Shown here: positions 16,703 through 20,000 of the stretch, in pieces | Layout: each line of letters begins with the position of its first letter | How positions within the stretch are numbered: position 1 is the stretch's first letter | Virus record (IMG/VR): IMGVR_UViG_3300033067_001144 | Strand: one strand, 5' to 3' | DNA: 20,000 bases | Origin: an uncultured virus (IMG/VR IMGVR_UViG_3300033067_001144) | Lineage: Duplodnaviria; Heunggongvirae; Uroviricota; Caudoviricetes | Notes under the pieces: model-generated | Told to the model about the DNA's origin: nothing | Database searches by the model: none | The model's input: the letters and a program-made list of their open reading frames with translations, nothing else | Position numbers and translations under genes: made by a program

Positions 16703-19162
16703 ATGATCCAGAAGCGTCTTCTCTCCGCGGTCATCCACTCGTTCGTCGGTGCCCTGCAGCACCAGTGGATGGTCGAGCAGTCTGTCCTCGACTCGGGCAA
16801 CACCAAGGCGGCCCCGGCCCCCTCGCACCACATTCTCTGCGTGGATCGTTCCGGCTCCATGTACGGAGACATCGACGACGTGAAGAGCACGCTCACGAAG
16901 CTCCTCACGCTCGAAGAGGCTCGCGACTCGAAGCTGATCGTTTCGGTGATCTCCTACTCTTCTCAGCGGGACACGATCGTGCACGCGAGCCGCGTTCCGA
17001 TCGCGGAGTTCATGGCTGCGAAGAGCCCGCACCTTGCGGCCGTGCAGAAGATTCAGGCTACTGGCCTGACGTGCATTTCGCAGAGCCTCGACACCGCGAA
17101 GACGTTGATTCGTTCGGGCGAGACGACGTGCGTCACGCTGCACAGCGATGGCTATGCGAACGATCCGTCTCCGGGCTCGGAGGGCCGTGCGCTCCGCGAG
17201 AAAGTGATGGAGCTCCGCACGCTCCCTGGGGTGTTCGTCAACACGGTCGCATACCGTGCGTACAGCGACTTCCAGACGCTCTCAGCTCTCGCAGCCCTTG
17301 GAGGCGGTCAGTGCTTTGCCGCTCCCACGGCTGCTGAGCTCAGCAAGGCCCTCGGTCAGACGCAGCACGCACTCGCGGGCTCGCTGACCCCCACGATCGA
17401 GATTGGTGCTGCTTCCAAGCAGCGGGCCCTCGTCGTTCTCTCGGACGGTCGCGTTCTCTTCGGCAAGGAGGGGGAAACACTGCGCATCGACGGCCTCCCC
17501 GCGGGTGCGTCGGGAACGGTGTACCGCTTCAACGAGATGCAGACGAGCGGCATGGGGGCGATGCCCCCGAACGAGGCTGGACCGAACTTCTACGTCGCAC
17601 TCGCTCGTGGGGCTCTTGCGCAGGGCAGCATCGAGCTCGCGAAGTACGCGATGATGAGCTCGGGTCTCTCGTCGCTGCGTGATCCCTTGCTGCTTCGTGC
17701 TCTCTCGGGCCCAGACCTCGCGATGCTGTCTACGTTCCTCGAAACGGTGGACGTGAATGGGCCTAGGGTTCCCGCGAATGAGGCCACGAAGATCAAGGCG
17801 GACGGTCCCAGCCTGCTGCAGTTCGCGACGTTCGTGCGCAAGCACAAGGACGATCTCGCGCTCGACGGTCCCGATCTGCTCGCGAACTACAAGCGCATCG
17901 GGGTGAAGAGCCTCGACGGCTCGCGTGACAAGAAGACGGGAGCGATCACTCCCCCGCGTGCGTCGGTGAAGGACCGCGACGCGAGCCCCTGGTGGCCCGT
18001 GGGTGCGATGGAGTCGAACACGGCCAGCGCGAACATGAACCTTCGTGTGGATCGTCCGGTTGATCTCGTCGTCAACGGTCAGGTCCAATCGGAGATCGCG
18101 GGGGTCAAGCTCACGAACCTCACGAGCTACCGCAACTACACTCTCGTGGTCGATGGGCAGACGTCGGTTCCCTCGATTCGCATGCGTGCAAGCACCGAGA
18201 AGGCCCGCAAGGCTCTCTCGAAGTTCGGGTCGGTGGACGCTGAAGGCGTAGCGACGGTGCCGATCGGAACCATGCCGGTTCTCGCGTACGACACGCAGGT
18301 CCCTGTGATCTCGCGCAAGGTCATCGATACGTACTTCGTCGCGACGGCCCTCAGCAAGATCGTCGCGGCCCTTCAGAAGGGAGCTCCGAAGGCTGGGACG
18401 GGGACGTACTCCCCGGACCAGCTCGCGGCCCTTCGCGATGTGTACATCACCCCGTCGCTGAACTTCTCTCCTCCGAGCACGGTCCCGTACACGGACCGCA
18501 AGGCGGCCTTGGCCGCGGGGTCGATCGACACACGCATCTCGTACTGCGTGGACGTGGGCACGACGCTGATTCAGTCGGCTGGTTCGTTCCCTTCGGCCAA
18601 CGCGTACCTGGAGCGTCGCTTCACGCTCACGGTGAATGGCAAGGATCAGGAGATTGATTGGCCGTCCGTCACGCAGATGGGGGCCAAGGTCGACGTGAAG
18701 AATCTCACTGCGCGGACGAAGCTGTCGGCGGTGGACGACCTTCTCTTCCCGCTGTACAGCCAGATTCTCGGCCTGCAAGTTACGCGGGATGACCCGATGG
18801 CTCAGTTCTTCGCGAACGCAAGCACCCCGATCACGCAGCAAAAGCTTCTGCAGAAGCTCGTCACGGTGGGGGAGGCTCCCGACGCGGCCAAGCTCGGGAA
18901 GATGGCCGACTATCTCGACGGGGTGATCGACGACATTCGCGAGGAGTACCTCAAGCCCTTCGCGCTCTACACAGGTGCGAGCGGCATCCTTCCGGCTGGG
19001 TATGCAACGAAGCTGGAAACGGCTGACCAGATCACCAAGCGCTACCCGAATCTCAAGATCAACAGCGAGCAGGCGGACGGCAGCTTTTTCGAGCAGCCCG
19101 ACCACGTGCTGCTCTCCGTATACCCGACGGAGAGCGACTTCTCGACGACGAAGCCTGCCTGA
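16703..19162 (+). CDS. von Willebrand factor A (vWA) domain protein with a long uncharacterised C-terminal region
   Basis: MIDAS motif ILCVDRSGSM, then GLTCIS and LHSDGYAND. About 819 aa with strong codon bias. Confidence 0.88.
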   Translation: MIQKRLLSAVIHSFVGALQHQWMVEQSVLDSGNTKAAPAPSHHILCVDRSGSMYGDIDDVKSTLTKLLTLEEARDSKLIVSVISYSSQRDTIVHASRVPIAEFMAAKSPHLAAVQKIQATGLTCISQSLDTAKTLIRSGETTCVTLHSDGYANDPSPGSEGRALREKVMELRTLPGVFVNTVAYRAYSDFQTLSALAALGGGQCFAAPTAAELSKALGQTQHALAGSLTPTIEIGAASKQRALVVLSDGRVLFGKEGETLRIDGLPAGASGTVYRFNEMQTSGMGAMPPNEAGPNFYVALARGALAQGSIELAKYAMMSSGLSSLRDPLLLRALSGPDLAMLSTFLETVDVNGPRVPANEATKIKADGPSLLQFATFVRKHKDDLALDGPDLLANYKRIGVKSLDGSRDKKTGAITPPRASVKDRDASPWWPVGAMESNTASANMNLRVDRPVDLVVNGQVQSEIAGVKLTNLTSYRNYTLVVDGQTSVPSIRMRASTEKARKALSKFGSVDAEGVATVPIGTMPVLAYDTQVPVISRKVIDTYFVATALSKIVAALQKGAPKAGTGTYSPDQLAALRDVYITPSLNFSPPSTVPYTDRKAALAAGSIDTRISYCVDVGTTLIQSAGSFPSANAYLERRFTLTVNGKDQEIDWPSVTQMGAKVDVKNLTARTKLSAVDDLLFPLYSQILGLQVTRDDPMAQFFANASTPITQQKLLQKLVTVGEAPDAAKLGKMADYLDGVIDDIREEYLKPFALYTGASGILPAGYATKLETADQITKRYPNLKINSEQADGSFFEQPDHVLLSVYPTESDFSTTKPA

Positions 19163-19166
19163 AGTC

Positions 19167-19253
19167 ATGCACGAACAACTGGAACTCCCGTTCCCGAAGC
19201 CAGACGAGCCTGCCCCCCAGCAAGACGCTCCGGCCGAGAAGAACGAGGAATAG
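19167..19253 (+). CDS. Putative 28-aa peptide MHEQLELPFPKPDEPAPQQDAPAEKNEE
   Basis: ATG 4 nt after the vWA stop, codon usage like the neighbouring genes, ends just before the terminator. Confidence 0.45.
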   Translation: MHEQLELPFPKPDEPAPQQDAPAEKNEE

Positions 19254-19260
19254 GCGATAG

Positions 19261-19316
19261 GAAAGCCCTCGACGCGGTGCCTGACTGGCTGCCGTTTCGG
19301 GGGCTTTCTTGTTTTC
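19261..19316 (+). terminator. Rho-independent terminator
   Basis: GAAAGCCCTCGA...TCGGGGGCTTTC 12-bp stem with an inner stem, followed by TTGTTTT. Confidence 0.75.
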
Positions 19317-19333
19317 GTGAGTGTGAGGTGACT

Positions 19334-19567
19334 GTGGCTAGCACGAAGGATGCGCGGGATCGTTGCAACAAGCTCGCACGCAAAGTGTTCAAGGAACCCG
19401 CTCTTACGCGTGTACGAGCACAACCCTTCCACCCACGGCTCTCGGGCATGTACCTCGCGTGGGTCTACTCGGCTTCGTATGTACTCCACGCACTCGGACC
19501 GACCCCCGAGGCTGCCCTGAAAGAAATCGAAACTCTGCTACGACATCACACACGGAGATCGACATGA
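19334..19567 (+). CDS. Hypothetical protein (77 aa)
   Basis: GAGGTG RBS with GTG start. ATGA overlap with the next ORF. Confidence 0.55.
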   Translation: MASTKDARDRCNKLARKVFKEPALTRVRAQPFHPRLSGMYLAWVYSASYVLHALGPTPEAALKEIETLLRHHTRRST

Positions 19568-19710
19568 ACAAGCCGCCCTACACCTTCCCTCGACTCCGCG
19601 ACGAGATCGACCTTCACAGCGCAAGGGTCCGATTCGAGGCCGCGAAGAAGTCGTACGAGACGGCTATTGCCGAGCTCCGAGCACTGCTTGGGGGCAAACT
19701 CGATGAGTAA
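19564..19710 (+). CDS. Small helical hypothetical protein (48 aa)
   Basis: GGAG RBS and ATGA coupling. Sequence MNKPPYTFPRLRDEID...GGKLDE. Confidence 0.55.
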   Translation: MNKPPYTFPRLRDEIDLHSARVRFEAAKKSYETAIAELRALLGGKLDE

Positions 19711-20000
19711 CTCCACGTTGCCCGAGGAAGCCTTGTTGCAGGCGCTGGAGCAGATTCAACCGTTGGTCGACGAGAACACCTGGAAGAACCCGTTCTGGAA
19801 GATCCTGCACACCTCTGCCAAAGGGGTCTGTCAGGAACTCTCAGACCTTCGTGCGATGGTCCATTTCTACGAACGCATCGCTCAATTCGATCCCGAGGTG
19901 CCCCTCGATACGCTTCCTCTCGACCAAGTGCTGGATCTTTTCATTCCGATGATCAGCCGATGGGTCAATCGCAACGTTGCGTGGATCTACCTCATCGAGC
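19703..20000 (+). CDS. Partial hypothetical protein (5' end)
   Basis: ATG 19703 overlaps the upstream stop. MSNSTLPEEALLQALEQIQP... stays open to the window end. Confidence 0.6.
   Translation, partial: MSNSTLPEEALLQALEQIQPLVDENTWKNPFWKILHTSAKGVCQELSDLRAMVHFYERIAQFDPEVPLDTLPLDQVLDLFIPMISRWVNRNVAWIYLIE

Noticed and set aside
17282..19489. 735-aa minus-strand ORF
   Set aside because: Antisense shadow of the codon-biased vWA gene, with Arg-rich, non-protein-like composition. The same applies to other long antisense ORFs such as 9913-10965, 14956-15726 and 2297-3001.

Overview
This GC-rich (roughly 60% by eye), densely packed window is almost entirely + strand, with ATGA/TAGTG-type gene overlaps and many hypothetical ORFs. 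It is most consistent with a large (jumbo-type) phage or a similar element, although no structural gene is present to prove it. Recognisable genes are a SLOG-family protein, a MazG-like protein, a seryl-tRNA synthetase-like catalytic core lacking the tRNA-binding arm, a ribbon-helix-helix protein, a radical SAM fusion, an N6/N4 DNA methyltransferase, a zinc-finger plus DUF559/Vsr-like endonuclease, a 2061-aa protein with degenerate internal repeats, and a vWA protein. The main find is an unannotated ~850-bp array at 15800-16654 of about 24 units with a 36-nt period, each built as 8-nt repeat / ~9-nt spacer / 10-nt repeat / ~9-nt spacer. This is the architecture of a TIGR-type dual-spacer guide-RNA array, but no confidently identifiable Tas/Nop gene lies in the window. 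The second find is a 1300-bp endonuclease cassette inserted in the methyltransferase gene that supplies a replacement 3' end and leaves the displaced old 3' end downstream.
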